Notes: generated by a model not told the origin, from the letters alone. A stretch of DNA of 64,000 nucleotides from Paraphysomonas bandaiensis (GCA_965644295.1 CBFFRP010000375.1:1-64000), one strand, 5' to 3'; counted from the stretch's first letter, positions 37,358-50,300 are shown. Translations and numbers: made by a program.

Positions 37358-37975
37358 AGCTAGCTATAACTGCCTTAATGACAATTCACGTTTCACTAAT
37401 GCAAGAAAAACGCTGTGACTTATTCTCATAAGCAGAGGTGAAATCCAATTTCACTTTTGCTGTTTATAGATATTAAACGATAGTTGAATAGCCACACATG
37501 AACAGTGACAAGTTCTACTTATACTGAAACATGTGTTCACTGTTTCAAGTATGGTATTACTGTGAAATCCAAACAACGCATATGCTTATAATAACGACTC
37601 CAATACTGCTATATGCTGCATATGATGCATGAAATTTTGAGAAGAAGAAGTAGCAGAATATTCCCGCTGTTCTGCTCCCACACTTCCACACTTCCAACGG
37701 ATCTCTACAATGAAATTCCCATATATGTATACTCTGTACTCTGATATATACAGCAGTACATGTACGTACAAGACATACCTACGTACCTTTGTACGTACAA
37801 CAGTACGTACATATGTATGTTCATAGTACTGTACTGCTGTATGTATCTTTTGTTATATTACAAGTGCAGAGTATGCATGTATTTGCCCACTCACACGACA
37901 TTCTTGGAGCCTCGACTGCTATATATATACAAGACAAGACACTTCCCCTCCAATTATTACCTTTTCATCCACATC

Positions 37976-39409
37976 ATGTTTCTTATCATGTCTCTATTTT
38001 TCTGCTTTGGTCATACCGTTCAATCGTTAGATTTTATTCAACTGCGCTCTCAAGTGACTCAGCAATACATAACTGTGTATTGGCCTGATGGTGTCGTACA
38101 TGTAGACTCCGTCCCCTACACCCATGCATCAACCTTTGAACTCCATAAGGTGTCTGGTACTGATAATCAAGTACAGTTGAGAGCAGTGAAGAACAATATG
38201 TTTCTAGTGGCTGAGGGCGGAGGGGGGAGTATATGTATGGCCAATCGAAGTGATGCATCAGGATGGGAAACATTTAATATCAATATTTTGTCTGATAATC
38301 GCATTCAATTGCAGAGTTTTTCTGGAAATTGGTTAGGAATCGATGGCACGAATGAGTCGACACTACTTGCCTCTGCAACGACGCCAAGCAAATATGAGAC
38401 TTTCATCATTGAGTATATCCCTCAACAACGGGGTGTTAATTTAGGAAGTTGGTTTGTTCCTGAGAAATGGATGTTTTCTGCTTCATCTCAACTATGGGAA
38501 GGTGCACAGGCTTCTGATTACTACTCTCTATGCATAGAGCTTGGCCCTGAAGAAATTGCTCGACGAATGGAAATACATTGGAGTACGTGGTTTACTGAGA
38601 CAGATATCCAGGCAATGTCTAATAATGGGGTAAATCACCTACGTATACCCATTGGATATTGGGATATGGAGCAAAATTACCCTTATGTGTACGGTGGCAT
38701 AACGTATATTGATCAAGCAATAGTGTGGGCCGAGAAGTATGGGATGACGGTACTTATTGACCTTCACGGTGCCCCTGGAAGTCAAAATGGCCAGGATCAT
38801 TCCGGTCATGCAGGAGAGATTAATTGGTCAGATCCCTCAAATGTGGCATACACTGTACAGATTTTGGATAAAATGGCAGCACGTTGGGCGAGTATTCCCA
38901 ATGTTTGGGGATTTGAGCTACTAAATGAACCGCACTATTCGTTGTCTCATGAGCTCCTCACGGATTTTTATCGGGATTCCTATGAAGTCATTCGTACACA
39001 CTCAAGTTCTACACATATTGTGATAAATTCTCTGTATGGTCCACATGATTGGACCGCCTCGGTATTTCCTGAACCACAATATCGGAACGCAATCTTGGAT
39101 TTGCACCTCTACACTGTCTGGTCTGGGCTATCCTCTCCAGAGGAACATTATGCACTAGCTGAACAATGGGGAGCTGATATTAGAGCGCTTACTCCGTATT
39201 ATCCGATCATTATTGGAGAAATGAGTCTGGCAACCGCTATTAATCCGTACACCGCGGATGAGAGGCAAATATTTGCTGACAGCGAAATGGTGTCATTTCG
39301 AGATAACGCCTTTGGATTCATATTCTGGAGTGATAAGCTCGAGTATGTGAGCGAAGATTGGGCTCTTGTCGATGGATTTTCCTACGTCAAACAATATTAC
39401 GACAAATAA
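37976..39409 (+). CDS. Secreted GH5 exo-1,3-beta-glucanase with N-terminal fascin-like beta-trefoil domain, intronless
   Basis: Signal peptide; QLRAVKNNMFLVAEGGGG..ANR...SGWETF fascin-type repeats; RGVNLGSWFVPEKWM, LRIPIGYW, IDLHGAPGSQNGQDHSG, ELLNEP (acid/base), IIGEMS (nucleophile). Start placed at MFLIMS rather than the ORF-track start. Confidence 0.9.
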   Translation: MFLIMSLFFCFGHTVQSLDFIQLRSQVTQQYITVYWPDGVVHVDSVPYTHASTFELHKVSGTDNQVQLRAVKNNMFLVAEGGGGSICMANRSDASGWETFNINILSDNRIQLQSFSGNWLGIDGTNESTLLASATTPSKYETFIIEYIPQQRGVNLGSWFVPEKWMFSASSQLWEGAQASDYYSLCIELGPEEIARRMEIHWSTWFTETDIQAMSNNGVNHLRIPIGYWDMEQNYPYVYGGITYIDQAIVWAEKYGMTVLIDLHGAPGSQNGQDHSGHAGEINWSDPSNVAYTVQILDKMAARWASIPNVWGFELLNEPHYSLSHELLTDFYRDSYEVIRTHSSSTHIVINSLYGPHDWTASVFPEPQYRNAILDLHLYTVWSGLSSPEEHYALAEQWGADIRALTPYYPIIIGEMSLATAINPYTADERQIFADSEMVSFRDNAFGFIFWSDKLEYVSEDWALVDGFSYVKQYYDK

Positions 39410-39994
39410 ACAGCGCTATTTTATTTGTCTGTATGTTTAATTTGAAAATTTAAATGCTTCGGTCCAAAATTAGTTTGGTCTATTGCGATGTTTTGAAAAC
39501 ACTAGTTTGTCGAGTATATGGTATCAATTACTGCATATCACTACATTGCAGAAACATTAACTTTTAATCATAATAAATGGAGAAACTTTTGTATCCGATA
39601 TAAGAAAGACTGTTTGTTTAAGATATGTAACAAACTGGGCTAAGAGGTATACAAATCTCTTCACTGAATTATTTCCAAAACGTAAATAGTGCATTGTAGT
39701 GACAACAAACTTGAGTAATCATACCCCAATCATGCTCGTTACTGCATGACATAATACTGTGTCTGCCGTAAATAACTACGTTGTTCACGAACATAAGGAA
39801 TGCTAAGAATGACGCTCTATTTTCCTCAAATCAATTTCTGAGCTTTGATATTGTTGTTACGTTGCTTGAATACCTGTGCTTCATTTCTACTCTAAAAAAA
39901 ATTATTCTGATATTCGTTATTGTAATTTTTCTAAATTACTATATCAGTTGACGGTAGTCATACAAAAAGAAATATTCACTCTTCATTACACAGA

Positions 39995-41026
39995 CTAACA
40001 TACAGTAAGTTTCCACAACACAACATCAGCTTGAGAAATAACTTTAGCACATTGAAATCCTTCAATCGAATTGACATCAACAGATCCCCTTGCATCACTT
40101 CCTCGTATCTTCTGGGCAATAAATATCACAGTATGCTGCGGTCGCGCAAGTGCCCTGATGACATGAAACAAGTTTGTGGCAATGGCGGGTTCATAGAGCA
40201 CATCAGCCGCAACTATGACGTCTGCATATCCTGACCCCATTTCTGACTGAAACCTACACAGACTAGTTTCAGATTTCCAATCCAGCTCATGAGCGGACAC
40301 TATGGTGTCACTCAGATCGTTAAGAAGTAAATTTTCACGTGACAGTGGCACTTGCATACTTAAATCAGTACAATATACGTGGGAAAATAGCTGCGATTTT
40401 GCTAACAAGATACTAGCCAGCGCACAGCCTGCACCGAGCTCAACAGCAATCCATCCTTCATGTCTACTATTACCTAACGCAGCTACACATTTCGATAAAA
40501 CATTATCGATGTGTCGACAAAACACCACACAACTATCCCATAAATGAGATCCCATTGTAATTCCTCTATCCTCCTTCACCAAAAGTGATACCGGCTTTCC
40601 TTCTATTTTCACATTCAATGGACGATATGTAGTGCAAAGGATATTGAAATTCGGAGGAGGACATTCATCATATATTGTAATTACATCGGTCAGTAGAGGG
40701 AGTATAACACAGCATTCAGGATATAATCGTCCATATATAAACAACTTATAGCTTCCAATAACCTCAGGCGGTCTCAACACTATATGACACACATCACCTT
40801 TTACAACAGCACTCTCTATATAATCAATATGTGTATCTATATTATCTATACTTTCATGAGGTGTGATAAAATAAGCCCCAAGAGTGCAGTCTTTGATTAA
40901 TCCAGACACCAATCCACTAAACTCTGAGCTTAAAGATACTGAAAACTTTAATGATTTACTATGTATGTAATCTTTAATACATCGATGAAAAACAATTCGT
41001 ACCACATTATCATTCGGATAGTTCAT
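39995..41026 (-). CDS. METTL21/EEF1AKMT-like lysine methyltransferase (Methyltransf_16)
   Basis: GSHLWDSC, VELGAGCAL, VYCTD, ELDW, DVIVAADVLYE motifs; start codon uncertain. Confidence 0.85.
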   Translation of the reverse strand: MNYPNDNVVRIVFHRCIKDYIHSKSLKFSVSLSSEFSGLVSGLIKDCTLGAYFITPHESIDNIDTHIDYIESAVVKGDVCHIVLRPPEVIGSYKLFIYGRLYPECCVILPLLTDVITIYDECPPPNFNILCTTYRPLNVKIEGKPVSLLVKEDRGITMGSHLWDSCVVFCRHIDNVLSKCVAALGNSRHEGWIAVELGAGCALASILLAKSQLFSHVYCTDLSMQVPLSRENLLLNDLSDTIVSAHELDWKSETSLCRFQSEMGSGYADVIVAADVLYEPAIATNLFHVIRALARPQHTVIFIAQKIRGSDARGSVDVNSIEGFQCAKVISQADVVLWKLTVC

Positions 41027-41239
41027 TGGTACAGAAGATGTAGATGGTTTGATATATGGATGTGGATATGTAGACAGAGCACATGCACAGAGACACATGC
41101 AGAGCACATGCATACCTACCAACCTACAAACTACTACAGAGTACCTACGCTGTGTATGGATAGTATACCTATACGGTATACTCGATATACGTCTGTATTG
41201 TGTTGCTATATATATAAGCACTGAAGCAACCTTCTCTCA

Positions 41240-42290
41240 CATGTATGTTATCGCAGCATTATATTTCCATGTATTCCGAGGCTTTCCGTCTTTAACTCTG
41301 GATGTGTTTGATCACTCTTTGGAGAGCACAAACTCGGTGGCTGCATCACTAGATCATGTATGCGAGAAATACGATGCGTCCCAAAGCACAGTTAGAAGGT
41401 GGTTGGACAAATATCTGGACACTGGATCAGTTAAACCAGAGTCTTAGTTCACATCACTCGCACCACACTGTCATTTCACTCGAACATATCAATTTTGTTA
41501 AAGAGTTGCTGGCAGAGAATTCATTTATTCCAACGAAGAATTATACCAAAAGGTTTTAACATGTACGGAGTGGCGTATACTTGGAACACCAAATGAAACG
41601 TACCATGAACACTGAGGGCTATTACAGTACAAGTTCGTCAAAGAATTTCCACAACTGAAATGAAGGCTTGAGGCGCTACTATAAGAATAATTTGGCCCGA
41701 TCATTGGATGAAATTCCAGCTGGCTGCTATGCTGTTGTGGACGAACCACATCTCAAGCCGGCAGAAGTTCTACGCCGATATGGGCGATCTCCACATGGCT
41801 ACCCTGCCTTCGTGAGTGGTGATGTTAAGGCCACTTAATCCCCAAGTTAGTTGTCGTGCCATTGCTGCGATGTCTATCGAAGGAATTTTTGTTGTTACTG
41901 TACACGAAGAAAATGTTGATCATAATATATTTTGATGCGCTATATCATTACATATTTCCAAGCATGAACCTTTTCCTGGGGATCGCAGTGCACTGCTCCT
42001 GGATAATGCTTCGACGGACGTGAAGATAAGTATTTATAATATGTGTGCAGAATTTGGCGTGATGGTTGTGTTCTCCCCCTTTATTCATATGATTTTTCAT
42101 TAATTGAACCTGTATTCCATCTTGCCAAAGCGCACATTAGAAAGAAGTGGGGAATTATGTACGCATATAAACCACTTGCAGCCTAACTACATGAAGCTTT
42201 GTGGTCATGCTGTACTGCCTAAACTGCATGCAATTTATTCAATCGAATGGATAGTGCCGTTACTTGGAAAGAACAGTGCGAAGCCTGTAA
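41240..42290 (+). pseudogene. Degenerate Tc1/IS630-family DDE transposase
   Basis: HTH ASQSTVRRWLDKYLDTGSV; frameshifted remnants VVDEP...RRYGRSP.GYPA, AIAAMSIEG, LLLDNAS and a P.YS.DF..IEPVFHLAK-like motif; many stops. Confidence 0.7.
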
Positions 42291-42544
42291 CTATTGATCA
42301 TTTCCAGACTATATTCTACTGTATACTCTACTCACTAGTTAGAAATATAGATGTACTGACGATTGAACTTGATATGTCTACTACTACCTTCGTGATATAA
42401 TTTGATTAACAATTATATGCAATAGATTCAAAAAATATTAATAAATCAAAAATAACAAAATTTTGAAAAGTTTGTGGAAATTTAAAATATTAGTTCATAC
42501 AGTTGCATGCTAGGAAAAACAAGAGTCGAAATCAAAAAGTGAGA

Positions 42545-44505
42545 CCAGACAGCTAACGATTGACTGTAATCGGTACTATTTAGTTAGAGGTGGCAGGGTA
42601 AGGAACATAATACTTGGCCTCATACGGCACCCACTCACCCCTCTCATCCTTTTGTATTTCTTCTCACCATTCATGCAGTTGCTGTTGGCAATAACGCGGT
42701 GCATAACCAAAACCCCTGTGTCCATATGGTAATATTCCGGTGGGTAACCATACAGCACGTGATGCGGATATACGTCCAGTATAACTGGAAGTACGGCACA
42801 GTAAGTTGTAGATGATTCAAAGCAATATAGAGTATAGAGTATTGTATCTATTTACTTCTTCTTACACGTTTTAATGTAATATCATTCATTCTTTCCTCGC
42901 GGTTTGCTTGGTTTAGAAGACAGTTTCACCGGGTTGGTGATCTGGACAGTGCATTCTCAGTTTAAAAAGCACTTTAAAATTACAGTGGAAACGTTGTAAA
43001 CACGGTCTTTCACATCAGACAGATTATAGAGCAGGGGGCGGTGGTAGTGGGTGTGATTCTTTTCAAACCGACGAGAAGATGATACTCTCACGTGCTCCAT
43101 GTATTGGCTTTTATCACCCCCTTGAGGTCACTATACTTTGGGAAACCTTGTCTCACCCAATCCAACAGGAGAACCCATGTATTGAGTGCAGGGTCATACT
43201 CCAACGGGTCTTCCGCTGCATGTTTTTCACCTTCTGGGATACTAAAGTGTATTCACATAAGAAGTATGTTCTCAACTGTGAGTAGGGAGAGCTCGAGTAG
43301 CTCTATCGAAATCAGTTTTTAGAAATCAAATCCTTCTTGCTCCAAGCTTTGGCACGACATCGCTCGATATGCAAACGATTCCTTTGTGCTTCCAAATGAG
43401 TCGATGTGTCCGCCACATCATCATGTTCACTTTACGTTGAAAGCTTAGACCTGTGATTGACTACCGTGACCAAATCCTCTCTGCTTGCGGATACCGCTTT
43501 GCATACGTTTTGGAGGAGAGTAAGCTCGAAGAGCTTTTGACCCTCTTCGCTACACTTGGTCACATGGCTCCTTTCATTGCCGGCGACCAGTACGTGTTTG
43601 TACTATCATTTCCTGGACGATGATTCAGGCCAACTTTGAAATGTTTCGAGTGCATGTATCGCACGGGGGAAGTTCATCCTGTTTATGTTTCATACTGCAG
43701 TGACAGCCTAGGTTTGTGAATTTTTCCCTTAAACAGGATGAACTTCCCCCGTGCGATACATGCACTCGAAACATTTCAAAGTTGGCCTGAATCATCGTCC
43801 AGGAAATGATAGTACAAACACGTACTGGTCGCCGGCAATGAAAGGAGCCATGTGACCAAGTGTAGCGAAGAGGGTCAAAAGCTCTTCGAGCTTACTCTCC
43901 TCCAAAACGTATGCAAAGCGGTATCCGCAAGCAGAGAGGATTTGGTCACGGTAGTCAATCACAGGTCTAAGCTTTCAACGTAAAGTGAACATGATGATGC
44001 GGCGGACACATCGAGTCATTTGGAAGCACAAAAAAAGATTTTATTTTGTGATAACTAATTTTGATAGAGCTACTCGAGATACTCCCGAGGGCAAGAAAGT
44101 AAAGAACTACTCACAGTTGAGAACATACTTCTTACGTTAATGTACTTTAGTACCCCAAAAGGTGAAACACATGCAGCTGAAGACCCGTTGAAGTATGACA
44201 AGCCAATACCTGGAGCACGTGAAAGTATCATCTTCTCGTCGGTTTGAAAAGGATCACACCCACCACCACCACCACCATCGCACCACGTACTGTATGATGG
44301 TTACCCGCCGGAATATTACCATATATGGACACAGGGGTTTTGGTTATGCACCGCGTTATTGCCAACAGCAACTGCATGAATGGTGAGAAGAAATGCAAAA
44401 GGACGAGAGGGGTGAGTGGGTGGCGTATGAGGCCGAGTATTAAGTTCCTTATCCTGTCACCCCTAACTAAATAAAACCAATTACAGTCAATCGTTATCTG
44501 CCCGG
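42545..44505. repeat. ~2-kb imperfect palindrome (long inverted repeat with 44-nt central spacer)
   Basis: 43383-43685 is the near-perfect reverse complement of 43730-44032; the outer arms align with substitutions and indels. Confidence 0.9.
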
Positions 44506-45691
44506 CACAAAATTCCTTCGATAGACTGTGGGCGTCTATATCTATGTTACGCTGTTTTTGTTTCAAAAGGATGGAATGGTTTCAAATGAATAGTTAAAGT
44601 ACGTTCAAGGATTGAGTATACTATGGTTGATACAACGAGTGATTGATGGTTGCACCAAGGTGCTTGCAGAAATACACAAGCAGTCCCGAGACAACTGAGC
44701 ATTTTGTAATCTGTGTTACCACTAGTCTAGAGTACAGTGTAATAGATAGATACATGCAATAAGTTCTCTCATGTAATAATCAGATCTTTATATACAACAA
44801 GTGATACTAAATTTGAGGATGAATCAATTCAAATGGTGTTTATCATTAGAATTTCGAAGAAGGTTATGGTTTATGCTCAGATATTTATTTGACGGCTGTT
44901 AATTTTTTGAATCTTGTTGTCATATATATATTATTTAAGAGAGAAAACATTCACCATAATGACAGACCATGAATATCAGATGGATGGAAACGTTGGTTGT
45001 TGATCGAATTGTGCGACTGTATTGTGGTTGTGCCACTGGTAGCTATTATGAATATGGTTATACAGTGAATACTCAAAAGTGAACTCAAATGGCGATAAAC
45101 CAGTTTCACAACTATAACTTCATCATTTTAAATCAACTGAATCAGTAAATAGCATTTTGGATCACCCCATACATCCTGTAATCGTTCATGCACCAAAGCA
45201 CGAATCTTAACGTCTCTTGATTTGTTCTCTCAACCATATTTGATTCATGTCGATCTACTAAAAAGACAACATACAAAAACACACACCAAACCATTGACGA
45301 CAACAATGCTCCATAAGTCAAGTGCTCTAATTGGCGCTTGTAACGAAGTACTCATACCCACACTCAGATTTTGACATATACGACAACGATCTATCAAATT
45401 TTGAATAACTTGTATGCTCAGGAAATACTTTAGACAATTTCAACTATGTCCGCTTTTTTAGTACCATGGTGGCCCCATACGACGTTGTGAACCAAATTAA
45501 AGGCTTCCTTAACTGATTTAGGCCGTAAATTTTGACTCGCTAGTTCGTCAAGAGTGTCACGCATACCTGTTATTACTGCTATACGTGGACGGAGTTATAC
45601 AGTGTTATATACGGCTGTGCTCTCGGGAGTAGGGTGTTATTGTATTTCATTTTCAGTTTTTGTCAGTACATTTTGCTGTGTTGAGTATCCT

Positions 45692-45949
45692 TGAAGGGAT
45701 ATACGTCCCGTATAACTGCAAGTATGATACGGTAGATTGTAGATGATTTATAGTGACTTAGAATAGCGTTGTTATATTCACTCTTTACACGTTTTAACAC
45801 GTAATTTTATTCATTCTATACTTGCGGTTTGCTTTTGTTAGGAGGCAGTCTCACCGGTTTGGTGACCTGGACAGTGTATTCTTGGGTTGGGAAGCACTTT
45901 AAATTCAGAAAACGTTGTAAGCACGATCTTTCTTATCATAATGATTACA
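45692..45949. repeat. LTR-like dispersed repeat (TG...CA); diverged second copy at ~42765-43030
   Basis: Shared GATATACGTCC..TATAACTG..TTACACGTTTTAA..TCACCGG.TTGGTGA.CTGGACAGTG..AAACGTTGTAA blocks; lies next to gypsy gag fragments. Confidence 0.5.
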
Positions 45950-47020
45950 GTGTTAATCCACCCTCAGCATTCATTTCCTTGAGGCATGGACTCTTCTTAT
46001 AAACTTCATCAAATCTTCATGAATACTCTTAAGGTCAAATTTCTTCAACTTATCTCCCACCTCATCCATATATGCCTTAGAAATAAAATTATCATTACTC
46101 GAACCGGAATCAAACAAAGCTACATCTACTATTATCTTATCATTATCATCACTAATAAGCATTCCTTTCCTGTGTGCTGCTCTCCAGTATTTGCTGGTGG
46201 ACATTCTGTATAAGAAGTTAAACTGGGCAGCATGAAATATTGAATTCGATCAAAGATCGTCGATGGGATCCATATCACCCTGATCTTCCTGAATACGCGT
46301 TGCGACTCGAATGCCCCCTTTGTCTTGTCCAAGTTTTTTCTGATACCATGGAACATTCTCTCGTGCCTGTTTTTGCTGAGGCCAAAAGGTGAAGGTCTCA
46401 ATGGAGCTTCGTTAATCCCAAACCTAGCATTCATAGCTCGCAGTGTTTCTTTAAGAATTTCCTTATCGTGAGAAAATTTACAACTCTTGTCCTTGCATCC
46501 ACCCTCAGCATTCATTTCCTTGAAGCATGGACTCTGCTAGTAAACTTCCGCAGCCATCAAATCTTCATGAATACTCTTAAGGTCATCATCCTTTGCATCG
46601 ACATTACTTTCCTTATTTTGTTTCTCATTCTCATCCGAATCGTCTTCCTCCATAGTAGCCAATATTGCAGCATTCAAATGTGGCTTTGTTTGAAAATTAA
46701 ACCTGCCCTTGAATTGTTGATACTTCTAGAAAGAGTTGTAAATTTTCTCACGATAAGGAAATTCTTAAAGAAATACTGCGAGCTATGAATGCTAGGTTTG
46801 GGATTAACGAAGCTCCATTGAGACCTTCACCTTTTGGCCTCAGCAAAAACAGGCACGAGAGAATGTTCCATGGTATCAGAAAAAACTTGGACAAGACAAA
46901 GGGGGCATTCGAGTCGCAACGCGTATTCAGGAAGATCAGGGTGATATGGATCCCATCGACGATCTTTGATCGAATTCAATATTTCATGCTGCCCAGTTAT
47001 ACAGAATGTCCACCAGCAAA

Positions 47021-47313
47021 TGTTGAGATCTGAAGATTCTATATACTTGCAATTGAGTGCAGTATTATGTGAGATGCAAGGATCGAAAGATATATATGTA
47101 ATTAGTACATTATATTATGTAGTATGAAACTGAAGTAGAAGTGGATGACTATACAGGATACGATCACTGAGTGGGTGGTTTGTACACTATAGTAGTAAAT
47201 GAATGGTGTTGAACACATCGAACACAACTTAGGTTCTTTATCATGTAATGTTTATAATTTCATCTTATCAGTTGAGAATAGTAAACCTTAGCAAATAATG
47301 TCAACTTCTGTTA
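47021..47313 (+). repeat. Copia 5' LTR
   Basis: TGTTGAGA...CTTCTGTTA, identical to 52020-52312. Confidence 0.95.
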
Positions 47314-50300
47314 TGGTAGCGAGTGATAGTTGTAGGGATGGGGAAGATGACAAGAAGCTACGGTTTGACAAGAACCAAGCAGACTATTCAGCGAGAAAAA
47401 TCAAGATGCATCTAATGAAGAAAAACCGAAACCATCTTGGCTTGGAGGACCCGCCAGCCGGAGGAAGGAATTTAGAGTCATGGAGAGAGCGTAATGATAC
47501 CTGTGTTAGTACTATTTGGGAGGCTTGCGAGCATGACCCTGATGTGTTGGAGGTAGCCAATCAATATTTGGAGGGGAAGGCAATTTTACCTGCTGATGAT
47601 CCTGCTAAGGAGGTGTTATCCAGTGAGCTCCTTCAGACACTGGTTGATAGGTTCAGAGGCGAGATTGGGACTGTATTGGAGAAGACTACGGCAGAATACC
47701 ATTCGTTCAAAATAAGGCCGGGGGAAAAGGTGTCTGTTGGGGTAGATCGACTGAACGGTATAATCCAGAAGCTCATAAAATTGGGACAACCGCAGACAGA
47801 GGCAAGTAAATTAGCAAAGATAAAAGCAGCGCTGCAGATAGAGGAATTACATGATTTATGGATGTCGGTAGCGATGATGCCTAAAGCAACAACTACATTT
47901 GATTCGGTGAAAGAGGCTTGTGAAGAGTATGACGAGGCTATGACGCAGCTGAAGAAACTAAAGGGAGACAAATCTGAAGAGATCAATTTTACGGCGTCGA
48001 AGGAGCCAGTGGTTTGTTCATTTTGTCGGAAGAAGGGACATGTAGCAGCGAATTGTTATGCTAAGGAACGACAAAGAAAAATGGATAAGTTCAAAAGAAA
48101 AGGGAAGACAAAGGAAAAGGCTTCGAAGAGTGTGCAGCAGCCAGGTTCAAAGGATTATACTGGTTGTCATATCTGTGGAGATTTTAGTCATAAAGCCCGA
48201 CAGTGCAAGTCGAAAAAACGGAAGAACATAAAAAACCCGGATAATGAGAATCCTCGAAAATCGAACAGGAAATTCGAGACAGAATGGAAGAAATACGTCA
48301 ACGACGGAGAGTCGTCGGATGATGAAGCGAATATGTTTGGAGAAGAGGTTTTGCTATCGGTGGATACGTCGGAAGAACCTCGTGTATATCTGGACAGTTG
48401 TGCAAGTAAAAGACTGTTTATAGTAAAGGATAAAATTGCACTGGAGTCATTTACTCCTGAGTTTGGGGCAATCCAACTAACTAGAAAGGGTTCTCAATTG
48501 GAGACACAGGGGGCTGGTACATTCGGGGAATGGAGAGACATCAGAGTTAGTGAAGAAGCGGTGAAGAACATTGTGTCAGGAGGGATGCTGAGATCAATGG
48601 GATACGGATTACAACTGCTTCGAAAGCCTAAAATCGTGGAATTGGACTCTGGAAACGAGGTGTTGACTGGAGAGTACGATGAGCATGGAGGGATGCCGTA
48701 TGTGGACTTGATGGAGGTGTTAAATCTGCCAAATGTGTCTATGTGCAATCAGATGGAGGAGGTAAATTTGTCGGATAATACAGGACAAGATGCGTTGGAT
48801 CGCTTACATGAGCGTACTGGACATGTCTCGAAATCGAAGTTATTAGAAGCTCACCGACACATGTTATTCAGAGGATCAGGACTACAACGACATCACCTTT
48901 CGAAGGCAAAGGAGAAGAGTTGCAAGAAACCCCTGTGTAAATGGTGTGCCAAGGCGAAGATAACCAGGCATTCGTTCAAATCACGGGACAACGAAGAGCT
49001 AAGCGCAGTCAGGTTTCTGGAACGAGTGACAGCGGACATCTCAGTCTACCTGAATTGTGAATCCAGACAAGGGTATAAGTACGTGCTCCTATTCACGGAC
49101 TTAGCAACAAAGATGATATGGGAATATGGATTGAGGACTCGAAGCGGAGAGGAGGTGTTCAAATGTCTACGACACTTGTGCGAGGTCCACTTAGTGAAGT
49201 ACGAGGGGTGGAACCGTATAGTGGAGTATCATGCCGATGGAGGATCCGAACTTATTAGTCAGCAGATAAGAGAGTATCTGTTGCAGCGATATGGGACTCG
49301 GGTGTCACATACAACACGAGACACGCCAGAGCTCAACGCGGTGTCTGAGAGGAAATTCCGAACAATTGGGGAGATGACACTGACGATGTTGACGGCATCT
49401 GGACTTCCAAAGTCGTTCTGGTTTGATGCTTATCAAACTGCATGTTACATTGTGCGACGAATGCCAACTCGGACGTGGCAAGGATGGATGTCTCCATATG
49501 AGTGTGTCCCAGGGGGAGCGTTCCCAGCCTATCGTGGCTACGGAAATGGGGGTGCAAAGCATATGTGCTAACACCCAAGGCCGACAGGAGGAAGGACTGG
49601 GAGGACAAAGCAATGACAGGTTATTTCATAGGGTATCCAGCTGATCGAAAAGGATACAAGGTGCTAGTGGGGGACACCGTAGTACACTCTGTACATGTAT
49701 TATTTGATGAATCGGTACCTGAGAGGTCTCAGGATTATTATAGAGAGCTGGAGGAGGCTCAAGTGGCTATAGATCCCGAGGCTCGTCAACCGGGTGAGTT
49801 TGAGTATCTTATCGGAAAGCACCATGAGGATGGTGGTCTGCTATACAAGACTAACAGAGTGGTGATAAGGAAGGGACTTATTGTGGGATACCGGTCGTTG
49901 GTTACTGGTAACCAGGTTCAAGTGGAGGATAAAACTCCTATTCATATTGCTGACATCAAGAAGATGACAGAGGATCTTGCGCAGAGGGTGGTTAGGGCCA
50001 GAGTTACTGACAACCGTGACGGCGGTATCAGCGGAGTGGTGCCACAGCAGTCGGAAAGTGGGCAGGTGCAGCCCCAGGCTGACTCAGCATTACCTTCGGG
50101 GGAAGGGACCCCTGCCGAGAATCATCCGCACGGCAAACGCGCAAGAACTCCAAGGACGGTAACGAATGTGTCGGTGTTAGGACAAATCCATCATTTGAGT
50201 GATGAGAGTGATGTGAGTGACCTTTTACAGGAGGCAGACTCAGTGTGGATGTCAGCGGAAGAGTCGACAGTGCCTCAGACACATCGTGAGTCCTTGGAGA

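Noticed and set aside
37760-37975. N-terminal extension of the GH5 ORF, and likewise 41027-41221 of the methyltransferase ORF
   Set aside because: Low-complexity TA/CA-rich upstream sequence giving Y/C/M/I-rich translations; better starts lie downstream.
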